DNA of 63,516 bases, counting the filler, from Circinaria calcarea (lineage: Eukaryota), in the NCBI GenBank assembly GCA_051942165.1. It is 13 parts of 13 records of this genome, joined end to end, with 100 filler letters (N's around TTAATTAATTAA, not from the genome) between each part and the next. Parts side by side here need not be neighbours in the genome. Positions count along the whole stretch, not along the records: positions 48,968 to 53,753 come from JAVECS010002182.1; positions 53,854 to 58,636 come from JAVECS010002183.1; positions 58,737 to 63,516 come from JAVECS010002184.1; 10 more parts are not named here. One strand, written 5' to 3'. The notes below the pieces were generated by a model, which was given only the letters and a program-made list of their open reading frames with translations, was not told the DNA's origin and did no database searches. The position numbers and the translations under genes were made by a program. Shown here piece after piece: positions 48,968-61,919 of this stretch (positions are counted from its first letter, which is position 1; each line of letters starts with the position of its first letter).

Positions 48968-51353
48968 ACGATTCAGAGGAGATTGTGACCGACATTCCAG
49001 CCAATCATTCTAATATGACAAAATTCGAGTCCTTCTCTGAACCAGGGTTTATCAGTGTCTCGAGTGCCCTAAAACGCTTTTGCGGAGAGATGAACCAGAT
49101 TAAGAAAAAACAAGGTACCTGTGAGGGACTCGAAAGTCAGCGTGAACCTGATGACTCTCGAGGGCATTTAGTAACCCCTAGGCTGATCCAAAATCATCCA
49201 CACAGACGATCTAGTGAAGCTCACGCGGAAAGGTTAGCTAAACCAGGCCCTGACTACTTTTTTGCTAATGTTTGTTATGCCGACCTGACACTTTGCCCAG
49301 ATTGCCTTTCGAGCTTACAGAATGGCCAAACGGGTAGCCGAGTGGAACAAGTAGAGGAGACGTATGGGGATACTTACTTTTGGTTGTTTAGCGGGAGAGT
49401 CGGACTTAAGGATTGGCTGCAAGCTCCATCATCAACCCATCCAATTTACTGGATCCAAGGCAAACCAGGTTCTGGTAAATCTACGCTAATGAAGTATGCA
49501 TTCAAGCATAAAGCAACCAAGAAACTTCTTAAAGAGTCCCACGGAGGTACTTGGACGCTTATACCGTTCTTCTTTCATGACCGTGGGTTCGTCGAAGTTC
49601 AGAAAACAGTGGAAAGTCTTTTACAGGAACTTCTTTTCAAGTTCATATTCCATCATCCGAACCTTGTAAAAGTCTTATACCATATACGACTTAAAGTGTT
49701 GGAGTCTCTGCTGGACCAGCCATGTCCTGGAAGCGCAGATCCTAGTGGACTAGAAACACAGCGAGTCACCAAGATGCTTGAGCTATATAAAAAGTACTGC
49801 TCGACCCATCCTGTATTTCCATGGTCCATGCACAAGATCGAGGAGGCCTTCCGGGCTATTATTGAACAGAACCAAATCACCCTCAGGGTCTGCCTTTTCA
49901 ATGATGCATTGGATGAGCATAGTGGCAATCATGGAAAACTTGTCAAGATGCTTAAACAGTTCGCCACCAAAGATAGTATGAATACAGTCCATATCAAACT
50001 GTGTTTAGCAAGCCGCCCAGCTCCCATCTTCACAATGTCTTTCAGTGCATATCCTGGCTTCGCCATCCATGAACACACGGAGACTGATATTAAATCTTAC
50101 GCCTTTGGTCGTATACAATCAGAGCTAACTCAGGATAAGGGGACCAGCTATAATGTACAAATTCATCAGCTTTCCACAGACATTGTCAAAAAAGTGGAAG
50201 GTGTGTTCATCTGGGTGAGGATAGTAGTCGATGAGCTCGTTGAAAGAATTATGGATGGAGATACTATTCCTCAGCTTCTTGGCGCACTCTTAGCTATCCC
50301 GACTGAACTTGAAGATCTCTATCGACAAATACTTTTGAGAATCAAACCGGAGTACAGGCGAGAATCATACCTCATTTTCCAGATTATGTTATCCTGTTTG
50401 ACTCAAATTTCGCTGAACAACCTTATGGCTGTCCTTGACGTGGCTTTAGGCGGAGAGGTCGCAAAAATGCCGCAAGAGAATATGCATCGCAGATTACACA
50501 GCCGATGCGGTGGACTTCTCGAAACAAAACCGTCGCCCTTTATTTGGCCACATGAACCCGATCGAGTAATTGTGCACTTTCTTCATCAGACCTCAAAAAG
50601 CTTCATACAAGATACCAGCAATACCAGATTATTGTCTGAAATAGGCGCGAACATTTCGGCAAGAGAAGGCAGGATCTCTCTGTTACAATTTTGTATTCAC
50701 GTGGTGACAGAAATGGATCACAACGATCGTCCGCTTTGTCATCCACTCTATGATAAAATGTTCGAATACGCGCGCTTACTCGACTCTTATTCTCATACGG
50801 ATTTTCTGGTTAAAACACTTGATAAGCTTGTTTTGAAAAGTTCAAAGGTGCAAAGACGTCCTCATCGGGGCTCTTGGAGAACCGCAAGCCAGCTTGCCAA
50901 CGGACTAGACGTGTTTGAATTTTTTTTTTAATTCCTTCGGTCATTGAGAGTCTGAGACGTATATTTCTTTTACCGAAGGATCGCCTATTAGGTTATGCAG
51001 CGATGTGTGGGCTTACATCTTACCTGACTGCCAAGATTCAAGGCAGGATTAAGCCTGCAGCACCAATTGGACTGCTCAGGGTTATGCTGGATCCTCCTCT
51101 TCCTGCTCGTTACTCTACTGTGAAAGAGGAAGACCTCGCAATGCTGGTTATAGAATGGTCAATTACCGGTTTAGCGCAGCCCAAGGACTTGCAGCCTAGC
51201 AAGGACTGGCAGCCCGAGGACTCGCAGCCCGAGGACTCACAGCCCGAAGACTGGCAGCCCGAGGATTTGCAGCCCGAGGGCCTGCAGCCCGAAGACTCGC
51301 ACTTCTGGGCCGATTTGTTTACGGGCGGTCTTCGGTTAGACTCTTTGGTCTGA
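48968..51353 (+). CDS. NLR-like NACHT NTPase carrying the tail of an N-terminal alpha/beta-hydrolase (SesB-like) domain; probable intron 49115-49300; frameshift at T10 (50920-50929); 5'-truncated
   Basis: IPANHSNMTKF (hydrolase His motif), Walker A WIQGKPGSGKSTLMK, FFFHDRG, Walker B CLFNDALDE, KLCLASRP, EGVFIWV, VHFLHQT. Confidence 0.88.
51177..51300 (+). repeat. 15-nt coding minisatellite (CAGCCCGAGGACTNG-like) x8, encoding QPEDx
   Basis: QPKDL QPSKDW QPEDS QPEDS QPEDW QPEDL QPEGL QPEDS. Confidence 0.92.
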
Positions 51354-53853
51354 ACGTTCGATATGCGGGTTTTCAAATCGGAAGGAACACTTCGACCCAG
51401 CATACTCTCGATTGCAGGGCTGCAAGGCAGAATCCAAGCTACTCTCGTGATAGCCGTATATCTCTTGCGTGTAGCAGAATACTAACATACGGCCCCCCAG
51501 CGTACGCGGAGGTCAAATCTGGGTTCTCACGCTACCTCGCAAACTGCCCCTTTGACTGGCATCGATTCTCCGGCAGGAACGGGGACACCCAACAATGGCA
51601 GACTCGGAAGCAAGGCAGCTACTTTGCGGAAGGAACGCTGGTAAGAAGGCTGGTGAGGATAAGGCTGCCAAATCGGGGTTGAAATTAGAGCATCATTTCG
51701 GCGATACCTTGTCTCCTATGTATTCTCACGACTATACCTGGCCGGGGACCCACATTCATGATGCATTTCTAGCCGCCAGCAGAAGAGCTTTTAATCCGCT
51801 GGAAGACTGTATTGGGAATATCTATTCGTGATACAAAGCTATCTATCAGCCTGCTTGATACCTCCCTTATCAGCTCCTCATCTGAGCTATGGGCTGACAA
51901 CATGCATCTTTCCACTGCGTACCCCCCGCCAAATTGAATGCTGGGCCGCAAAAGGAGCGCTCGAGCTTCACTCATATCAGTAACCGTATGCGTTGGGATG
52001 CTGGTAGCAAACAGGCACCCCTCGTGGGAAATCCGACTCGGCGTTCATGGCTATTCAACCACCCAATTATCGACCCCAAATAACATTAGGACTTCGGTGT
52101 AACCACTCCCTCCAGAGTAATAACTGCATCCATTGAGCTGACACATCCCTCTGATAATACCGAGCGAGCCTCATTGGCAAGCAGAGCAGAGTGGCCACCC
52201 ACCCAGCAGCCGCAGAACTACCCCTCCTAATGTCTCTATAATCCGAGCGAGTAGGTACCGACTATGCCCCGGTCCGAAAGGTAGAAACGGCCTGGCCTAT
52301 TCGTTTGGAAAGACACGAGGGTAACCGAAAAATAAATCTTAAACTCTGCAGACAGACGAAATGTTTCAGACAACCACACTACATCATAAGTGTGGTGGAG
52401 CCAAGGCGACTAGTAGCTGGGCGCGCATATGGAATGGGCAGGCAGGCATGGAGGACTCCTACACACATACACACTTTTTCATATAGCAGGGCAGTATAGC
52501 AGTCAGGAATACGATATTGAGACCCGTTCTGATTTCCCCCCTATATGTGCACTATACTGTAGCAGTCAGTTCATGCCATATACCCCCTGGTTCTTCGCTA
52601 TTCAGGCCCCCGTTACTCTTCTTCGACAGCGTCTTTGCCTATACCTTAGGAGCATAGCGGAGCACCCTATATCCTTCACAATAAGGAGGAAAAAGTCCAG
52701 GGTGAAAAGAAAAAGGGATGCAAGTACCGTCATGGGAAATCCCAATAGTAACCCGTTCGAAAAAGGACTAATCCTGCAAGGCTGAGCTGAACGGGCGTCT
52801 AGAGTTGATACTTACTCCCACTCGGGTGGGGGAAGAACACGTCGGGACCGGATCGGGACCGGATCGGCAAGAGAAGGGAAGAGAAGAGAAAGCAAAAGAG
52901 ACACGTTTTAAACTCCAAAGGGCTTTTTCTTTCCTTTCCACCAAAACTTGATTGACGAGAAATCGCGCGCGGCGGACAGGCAAATGTAAACATCCATCTT
53001 ATCTATTGCGGAATTCATTCCCGCCAGCCCAGTTTGGAAAAGATACAGTATTGAAAAAATTATGCTCGCTCCCTGGGGCTTGCTGGCTGCTGGCTGCTTT
53101 GGTCCCTGACTTGGCCTTAAATGGAGAAGAAGAGAAAAAACAATTCCCGGAACCCCCTGAATCCGGAATCCGGAGGGCAGGAGAAGTAAAGAAAGTCCAG
53201 TTGACGTTACTGGTACGGTTTCACCAGGCCAGGCCAGGCTCCAACAACAGTCCCCCGGCCCGCCGGCCGCAGCGGGCATATTCAAGTATAAACAGCGGCC
53301 ATGCATTTTCAGTTCAACCTACCTGTAATAGCATTGAGTAGATCGCTGTTGAGATTGACGATTGGCCCTCGGGGATGATTATCTAGCATTCTTACTGCAT
53401 TCTTGCACATTCCCTACGGTCCAGTTGGGTCAATAGCTCTCGAGGGCTGAATGTGGTTTGTTTGGAGCTTGATTGAGCCGATTTAGGTTCGTGCGGTTTT
53501 GGGAAATATTCCTAGTTTCTAGTAGAAGGGGACGGATATAGAGGATTTCATTTATACAAGTAAACTTGTAGGTTTTCGGTACGGTACGACCTAGGAAGCG
53601 AGAGCTATGGCCTTCGAAGTATGGGGAGGGGGCTAAATAGTTTCACCTCCGTTTTTCCCCTTCCACCATCCCATAGAAGAAGTAGCACGAGTAGTATTCC
53701 CTCTGTCGTACTGTCCAAGGTAATTCCCACATCCCCCCCGCGTCCCCCATGCGNNNNNNNNNNNNNNNNNNNNNNNNNNNNNNNNNNNNNNNNNNNNTTA
53801 ATTAATTAANNNNNNNNNNNNNNNNNNNNNNNNNNNNNNNNNNNNNNNNNNNN

Positions 53854-54084
53854 GCTGCAAGACTCCCTCCGTCTCCTGAAGCCCGAAGGCAATCTGTTAA
53901 AGGACAGGTTCAGATCCATTCTGATCAGGGGCAAGACCGAGACGAGGAGACCGATCCAGCAACCCAAGAAGAAGCGGATCAAGGTGACGGAGAAGTGTAA
54001 GGCTTACTTGACACGGGAAGTGTATGACTTTACTAATCAAGCTATTTTACAGGGACTTATAAGGACTTTACGATAGCTACCTGA
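53854..54084 (+). CDS. NOP53: 3' end of ribosome biogenesis protein Nop53; intron 53997-54052
   Basis: LQDSLRLLKPEGNLLKDRFRSILIRGKTETRRPIQQPKKKRIKVTEK|WTYKDF. Confidence 0.9.
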
Positions 54085-55304
54085 AGATATCAATAGCGTC
54101 AATTAGCATTGCCCTGGTCAATTAAATACGTTTACTATGTACAACGCCCATGCTTTAGAACTCCGTACTAAGTCAAGAGCTTTCAAAGTATTCTTTGACG
54201 ATGCACACATGTCCCTTAATCCCCTCCATCTTCAATCCGCCTCTCCCTACTACAAATGCGGTAGGAACGGTCCATGGCTTTTGAGGTGTGGACTGATAAC
54301 TAACTCCAATATACCTACCCAAGGTATCTTACTTCGCATTGCACAGATGATATATGACATACCGCATCAGATTCCTTGCCAACGAACAGGCACGACTAGA
54401 TATCACCCAATCCAAAAACCCCTATCCTGTTTAACTGCCATATCGGGCATTCTGTTTAGCTTTGGTGAAGTTTTTATAATACCCTGCTTCGGCTCACAGG
54501 CGATTCTTCAAAAATTTCCAGCTAGAGTTACCTCCACAGCTGACTCCATGGGTAACTTTTCCTTTAAGGAGTACTCCCCGTCGCCATTGCGCCTTCTAGG
54601 TAGATAGTTGGTGGATCAGGTCTTTTTGCTTTGAGATTACAGGGTAACTAAAAGGGTGTGTGTGTGTGGTTTGGAGGATGATGGATGAAGAAGCGGGTCG
54701 AAAAGGTGATATCGCGAGCGTGAGGGATAAGGGTTGAGATGTGGGATCGGATTGAACTTGAGTAATATAAAGGCCGAATATTAGCTCGCAGAAAACTGAA
54801 ATGAGCAGGACGGCGGGTATATCTTTGACCGGTAAGGGGACTCTATTATGGTGTATTGATAATTTTGAATCGTTGCATGTTTATCTATTATCTATGGGTA
54901 CATGGCGTGGGGCCCATATGGAGACTGCATCTCCGCCTCACTGTCTGGCAAATCCACCCGGTTTGTGTAACCCACCAATTTGTCAGATATGGTAGTCATT
55001 TCTGCTTCTTATCCGCTTTGTGTAACCGACCACCTGACTAGAACTAACGCTTATTGGTTAGATATATCGAATAAATAGTGGCTGGGATATGCTGCCTGAG
55101 ATGCTTTAGATAAGGCATTCATAATAGAGTTTGCCTTCAGTTCCAGCCTTGTTGATTTCTTCATTTTGTTACCCCACCTCTCTTCTATTACTAAAAGACT
55201 CTTTTGCATCTGCACATTGGTAAGAATCGTGGGCAAAACTCAAGAGCAAAAATCTCTGGCCTCCATTGTACTGAGCAGCTAGACGATATTAATCGATCCA
55301 AAGC

Positions 55305-57764
55305 ATGGCATCGAGACGTGAGGCGGAAGCCTCTAGCGAACAGCTTCTTGTTCGCAACAGTTCCGGCAATGCTGCGTTCACCCAACAAGGTACAATTGAC
55401 TGGGCTGCATTATCTCGGACCACTGTCTCCGCATCAATCGCAGTCATGGCTCGTGTCTCCGCAGCTGGCGTGGACCCTTTCACTATTGCGGTAGGCCAGC
55501 TAATGCTCTCAAAGTTTCGACTATCTGTGCTTGGAGAACATCGTCTCACCACAGCATTGTCCAAGCTGCCAAGTTTTTCGGGATACGGAAACACACTCTG
55601 GTTCGGTTTTGGCATCAAAAACATTGTCAGAACCCTTGCAATGACCGCGGAGGGGAGGAATTGCGTAATGCTTTGTGCGAGCTTAGCTGAGGTCCATAGC
55701 CCACAGATGTCTGCCAGAATCCTCTCGGCTATGGTTGATCTTCACAAAGGCCCCGGATCGAAAGGTCTAACGCCATCCCTTGAGCAATGGCTCTCGCTCG
55801 TTAAGATGTGTTCAGGTGTACTTTCCGCATCACCTTTTGCTGTTACAGCAGAGCACATGATGGGGCTAGCGGGAGATGTCAAGGTTGCAGTGGGTGCGAA
55901 ACACAAGAGAGTTGCCGGAGACCCTGTCGATGTTGCCGTCGCCTTGGATGCGATTGCCAGAATATCAAATGGCTCGTTGTTGTCTGTTACGTTGATTGGG
56001 GGATCCGAGTGTGCCTGGCTTGCAGCAGTCGCACACTGGTTCTTCGAGATTGATGTTGAATTTAAAAATGCCGCCGAGCAGAGTTTAGAAAAGGATTCGC
56101 AACCGACTGACCGACCTCGAGTGCTCGTTATCTTCAATGAAAACTCAGCTATTCAACGACATTTTGGAGTGGTTGTTGCCAGTGAGACTTATGTAATTCG
56201 TGGACTCAAGGATAACATTTTTGAGTTCAGTGAAGTCAGCAATCATGATATCACAGGACGGGTTACCTGGCAGGAAGCAATTCAGCAGACATTTGGAGAA
56301 TCTGCTCGCACACTTTTAAGGCAGCAAGCGGTGTTCGGAAGCGCAATAGGGAGTGCAGCTAGAATTTTCCAAGGGATCTCAAAAGCCGAACCAGATCGTG
56401 GATTTAGTCGTTTTGATATTCGAACTTGGTGTGGTTACCATGATAGCAGTTTTGGCCAAGGATACATCAACAGCGCTGTGGACCTTCTAGTTGAACTGGC
56501 ACCTCTCCGCCACAAGATGGAAGCTGCTTCCAAAGCTTCCTATGTCGATGCGTTTGGAGCGTACCAAGTTGCAATAGCTAAGTTGACGTTCCTTTGCAGT
56601 TGCAACAAATGCACAGAATCACCAGACCACAAGCCACCGTTCTGCCTACCGCTTTTAGCTGAGACGGTGATTCGGCTCATTTAGCACCAGTCTCTGTGTT
56701 CAATGGACGTTGATCTGCTGCCAACTCGAGCTGGCCTTGAAGGCCTATACCACGACCATATTGGGTTATTTTGTGGCTATCGACAAATGTCAACTTCGAT
56801 TGAAGTTGTTCGTCCGGCGAACGAAAGTCTATTTGAATACCTTACCTTTGATGGTGTGATAAATAGAGCTATTGTTCTCTACACTGGCCGTCACAAACCA
56901 ATTCGTACGCAAAGCTCACTAAGTACTCCTGCAGCGTTGGTATGTGGAGGCATTCTATTTTACCTCGACATCCTTCGAGAGGTAACAGACTATCCGTGTC
57001 AAGCCATCAAGCTCCATATCATCCCTGGACGGATTGAAGTTGATTCCGGTCGCAATTTTGATACTCTCTCTGATTTCCACGGTCCCGGTTGCGGAGAAAG
57101 CCGAGGATATCAATCCGTGATAGCTGAAAAGCCGACTGACTTAACACATCAGCAGTTTGTTATCAACAATATGCTGGTAACACCTAAAATTGACCTGAAA
57201 TTGATTATCGAGGAGACCCTAAACTCATTGACGGCATATTATGCATTAAACGTACAGGACTCTGGGTACTATACTTTTGGGCCGTATCTTATGATGGAAC
57301 ACATAATTCAAAGCACAGGTTTTGTTAATTGCACTCGACAGAGATGTCCAAAGCCTGAAACCAAATATCCAACAATGGTGCGCTTGACGGGTGACAATCA
57401 AGCCTCTATAAATGCTACGACTATTTCCGGACACGATCTCATCTTGCGTCGGGTTTCTAGTAATCCAATTCTGCGTTGTATGGCGTTACTTCTCAACGAT
57501 GCCCTGTCCCTCCAAGACCTGGGAATGTGTTCGAGCGGGCACAGAAATGTCAACAATCTCAACAAAAATGCACATGAAAGACAAGAGGTGGAAGCAGAAA
57601 CCAACAGCGGCAGTGATAGCGGGGATACAAATACAGAAGCTGACTCAAAAGACCAAATAAACATCCTGAGCATTTTACAGGGTGACGAGTGCATGCCATG
57701 CTGTATACAGGCTGCAATAAGGTATCGCGAAGATAAGACCATAGCACAAATAATCGAAGCTTAG
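55305..57764 (+). pseudogene. Uncharacterised fungal protein of about 819 codons, interrupted by one in-frame TAG (56682-56684)
   Basis: ORFs 55305-56684 and 56703-57764 share a frame and are separated only by TAG plus 6 sense codons. The protein starts ...FTQQGTIDWAALS... and ends ECMPCCIQAA. Confidence 0.75.
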
Positions 57765-58317
57765 AAAAAAGGCACATATACAGAGAAGAGTCCTTATAAT
57801 TTCACTAGAGCGTGGCTTGAGAAGGTCGATTGGACTTTGTTGAACTAAGCTTGGTGTCTTTAAGAAATGGGAACACGGATTTTTGGAAATACTTCAAAGC
57901 CGAGCTGCGGTAGTCACGAAAATGATACACTCCCCATTAGCATCAGTGGATAAAATCGACAAGAAAAGAATAGAAACGTTTCCAAGTCCCCTAAAGAAAT
58001 AATATGTGTGCACCGCAAGGTCGCTAAGTGCTGCGAGAAAAGCCTATTTGGATAAGAGACTGGTAGTTTATAGATCATCGCAGACAATGACTAGCATAAT
58101 AATTAGTCTTTGTTGTAGGAAACAGCAAATGGATGCGAAATCCTTTTCCATGGCAAAAACAAAGACGTTATTTCCGATAATCTAGTATAATCCCTAGAAT
58201 ATCGCGCTGTGGTAACCTTACCGAGCGCAAAACCCACTCTACGCGTCCCCCAGCCTCCGCACCTCTCTACCCCTCCAAGTCATCTAACCTCTCCTCAACA
58301 CCCCCACATCACACAAG

Positions 58318-58581
58318 ATGCTCTCAATCAAACCCTCCGCATCTTCCTCTCAAAAATGCACAGCCAATGTCCTTCCCTGTCGCATTACTCACTCCGGACC
58401 CGTCAATGCGACGGAGAGGTACTGGTGTCCGGAAACCGGTGATGGTAATCAGACATCCTTCTAATACAGTGTAGAGGTGTGGGAGGCTGACTTCCTCACG
58501 GAGTAGACGGGAAGAAGACAGCGTATTTCCGGGGGAGGAAGCTGATTGGGAAGGACGTACCGGTGCCGGAGGGGTATAAAG
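58318..58581 (+). CDS. RNH203: Ribonuclease H2 subunit C (Rnh203-like), 5' part with intron, truncated
   Basis: CTANVLPCRITHSGPVNATERYW, then after an intron AYFRGRKLIGKDVPVPEGYKG. Confidence 0.85.
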
Positions 58582-60056
58582 GTACGTCGTCGGTTATCTA
58601 CCGATAATCAATTCAATGAACAGATGAAGATAAAAGNNNNNNNNNNNNNNNNNNNNNNNNNNNNNNNNNNNNNNNNNNNNTTAATTAATTAANNNNNNNN
58701 NNNNNNNNNNNNNNNNNNNNNNNNNNNNNNNNNNNNAATGGCAAAAGCTCACCATTACCCCCCAAGGGTAATGGCTACGAAACTCTGCCCCGAAGGGTTG
58801 GTTTGCACCTTAATCGCCCCCTCTCAGGAATTTTAACTTAATATCCTTCTCTTTCCAAAGCGCCGCCTTGCTTTGTACTGTGGGCCCTTGCGAACCCCAC
58901 CAGCATGTCCTTCGCGCGGACTCGAACTCGGGGTTGATTGTCCTTCGGGCGGACTCGAACTCGATCGAACCTCGGGAGGTTAATTTCGAGGGTGCACCCT
59001 CAAACCGTTCGGCCAAAGTACCTGCGCTTAATGGTTAGTGATAGAATTTGTTTCCTATAATCATTATATACTTACATGCACCTCCGAATAACCCAAAGTT
59101 GTCGCCTCGCAATGGTCGGCCAGCAGAACACTGGCTGCTGCTTCCATTCGCACATTTGAACCACCCCGTCATTTATCGCAGAGATCTAACATGTACAACA
59201 TCAAGCTTCAAACTTCGATAGGCGTAAGGATAAATATCTCGTACATATATTTGATGGACTTTCCATTTGTAGTAGATTTTTTTTTGGGTCGGCGGCGACG
59301 ATGCTTTCCTGGTTATTCGCCGCATCTGAATAAATCCAATATATTTTGCGGCAAGTGCAAATAACCGTCTCGTGAATCGAACTGCGGGCTTGTGCTTTGA
59401 TTCTGTGCGGAAACATGTTAGGTGGTCCGTGCGCTTGTTTACCCCCTTTTATTTTGGCTGCGCAAAAGCAAGACAAAATAAAAGGGCAAAAGCACATTAC
59501 GACCCATAGGGTCGTAGTTACCATATTCCCCTACAACATGCCTGCAACAGATCACAAGCCCAAGGAGCGATGCTATTTACCCCAGATGGGCCCGACAGGT
59601 AGGACCGTTCGGAAAGGGTGTCGGACTACATTCGAGGCGAAGGGCATGTGATCCGATAACTATTCGAGCAAAGTCCTGTGTATTTTTAGTGAAAACCACT
59701 CCCTACAACAGGAAGTAACTCACACATCTTTCAGTACTCTGCAACCACTTCGCCACAGCAACATCAACCTATATACGGGACAAGCGTACCAGCTGCTTCG
59801 ATGTTACAGCTGCCATACAGAACTCAATGCCACCCCTTCTATAAGTTCCGCAGGCCTATAGCAAACAGTGACATGATCGTTACTGCGAGTGTTTGAAAGG
59901 CTGGACCTGGGCTTTTCTGCGGACGTGGAAGCTGAATTGGATTGGAGAGCATTATCTGAACCTGAACGCGATGAAGATTGATCTTTTGGAGATGCCTCTG
60001 CCTTATTCTTCGGCGTTGTTCCTACGTCTACTCTGTATTCTCTTCACGAATGCAGA

Positions 60057-61644
60057 TCACGGAGCGACCTCTTTTACTGCATCGTCGCTGTTTGGCGAAC
60101 GACTCCTCCATACGACAAACTCATGAGAGAGGATATCGCCATAGCCAGATTCTTCATGCTTGAATACTTCGATTACCGACGATCTGTCGCGTCGTCTTAT
60201 TCTCCAGACGCCACCGCTGGTTATCGTTCGCTTTAGCCCTGTGTCGGATTAGCTACGGCTACACTGCATACAACGACATGAAGAGAGCTACATTCGAGAA
60301 AGCTAGCAGTGAAGTTGATACATAGGTTTCCATCCCAAGTACCCTTGCCACTTTTCTTGACCAAGCCAGGTATACTCCTTGTTTCTAGCTCTTCCAATCT
60401 TTGCAGAATTCCCGTTCTAGTACGAAACCCAACAATAATCTTGGGAACACCAAGCAAGAATGACTGGATCCAGAATTTTAAAAGCTTCCGCTCATACTTG
60501 AGCATATCTCTGTCACTCTCAATTTGGGCAGAGGTTTTCAGCTCCACCCAATTGATAGGTTCATCTTTGTTTTCTGGTTTGCAATCCCAGACTGGAGGTA
60601 GTGAGGCGATGAGCTTACAGTGAAGGGTATAGATAAATACCTGCATCTACTTCACCACCTATGACCAACTTCGCTTTTCCAATCCCTGTCCGTACCACGG
60701 AGCAGTATTGGGCATGATTATTCACCACGAGATCCTCACGGCCCTCGATGTACTCCCTAGTGGTCGGACTCCATTGATCAGGGATTAAAGATAGCGTTTC
60801 AAACTTGTAACCTAGAAGCTCATTTCAGCCACGCTGGTGGGAGGATGACATGTTTGAAGAACCGTACCCCAATAGCTCATTAGATCCTGGGATGGAGCCC
60901 CAGGCTGAGACGGCTGGCTATGTTGAGAGCGGCGCTGCTCCAATTTGTATTCCCGGTTTTCCTCAATGAAGCTAAGCTAATTAGCTGCGAAGACAGATGT
61001 CATTACCTTCCCACCCGACTTACATAGTACCCTTCGCTCCGAGGTACTAGTCAGAGCAGTCTACCTTCGAGTGTGGACGGTGGAGAGAGGCAGGCCCACT
61101 TGGAAATTGGTCGCATTCATCTCGAAGCTATTTTGGGTGGATCAGGAGCATGCATTGAAAACCATATCAAAAAAAGCCTACCCGTTTCCACCCATGTTAT
61201 CATAGGGCGCGGCCATTATCTGATTATGGTCAGCACCAGCCTGTGTGCTATTGGCAATCCAGGATCGACGCACCTTGGTCATCATGCCCCTCCAAGTGAT
61301 GATGTCCGCCTCGCATTTTGTTCCAGTCTCTCCTTCCAACGCTATGATGGTCTTGAGCAGGCTATCGAGGTGATCATCCGCTGTGTCATCGAGCTGCTTG
61401 AAGGTATCGAAGCCCCTAGAGAGGTCTGCATCGAGGCGAGGGGGATAGTAATACCGCAAGGATCGCTCGTCGGGATGATACTGATGATCATCATCGTATG
61501 AAAAGTATGCAATCTCCTATCACGAGTCTTAGTAAACCGGAATCTGAATAGACAAGGCGTCGGGTATGGTTCTACTTTCGGTCTGCGGATGGCGGCACTG
61601 GAGCCAGCAAAGCGATTCAACGGGTGGATGTCGAAGGCAGCCAT
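60057..61644 (-). CDS. RAI1: Rai1/DXO decapping nuclease, multi-intron
   Basis: SAAIRRPK|EIAYFSYDD, ADIITWRGMMTK, FIEEN, GYKFETLS, GGEVDA|VWD, WVELKTS, KLLKFWIQSFLLGVPKIIVGFR. Confidence 0.95.
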
Positions 61645-61919
61645 CAGTGATGTTATCCTTCCAAGCACTTGATGTCTTCTATAGAATAGCAGAGGGTATT
61701 GCCCTCTCACTTCGATCTAATGAACCCATTACTATCCCCGACGTCTCAAATCCATAGCGCCATCGAACCCCTTGAACCTCGCTAGGACTTGCCAAGACTC
61801 TAAGCGCGCGGGATGACATAGCTCGCTCTCACCCACTTTGATCCAAGTTCCCTAAACGTCAAGTGCAAAGCTACATCATATCTAAGTGAACCACTACTCT
61901 GTTAAATTATATACCAAAT

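Noticed and set aside
54137..54607. 156-aa ORF and a possible opposite-strand gene relic
   Set aside because: No recognisable motif, and the minus-strand frames contain many stops.
4802..58736. Regularly spaced TTAATTAATTAA motif about every 4.9 kb, resembling a repeat array
   Set aside because: It is embedded in N-runs and is an artificial contig linker.
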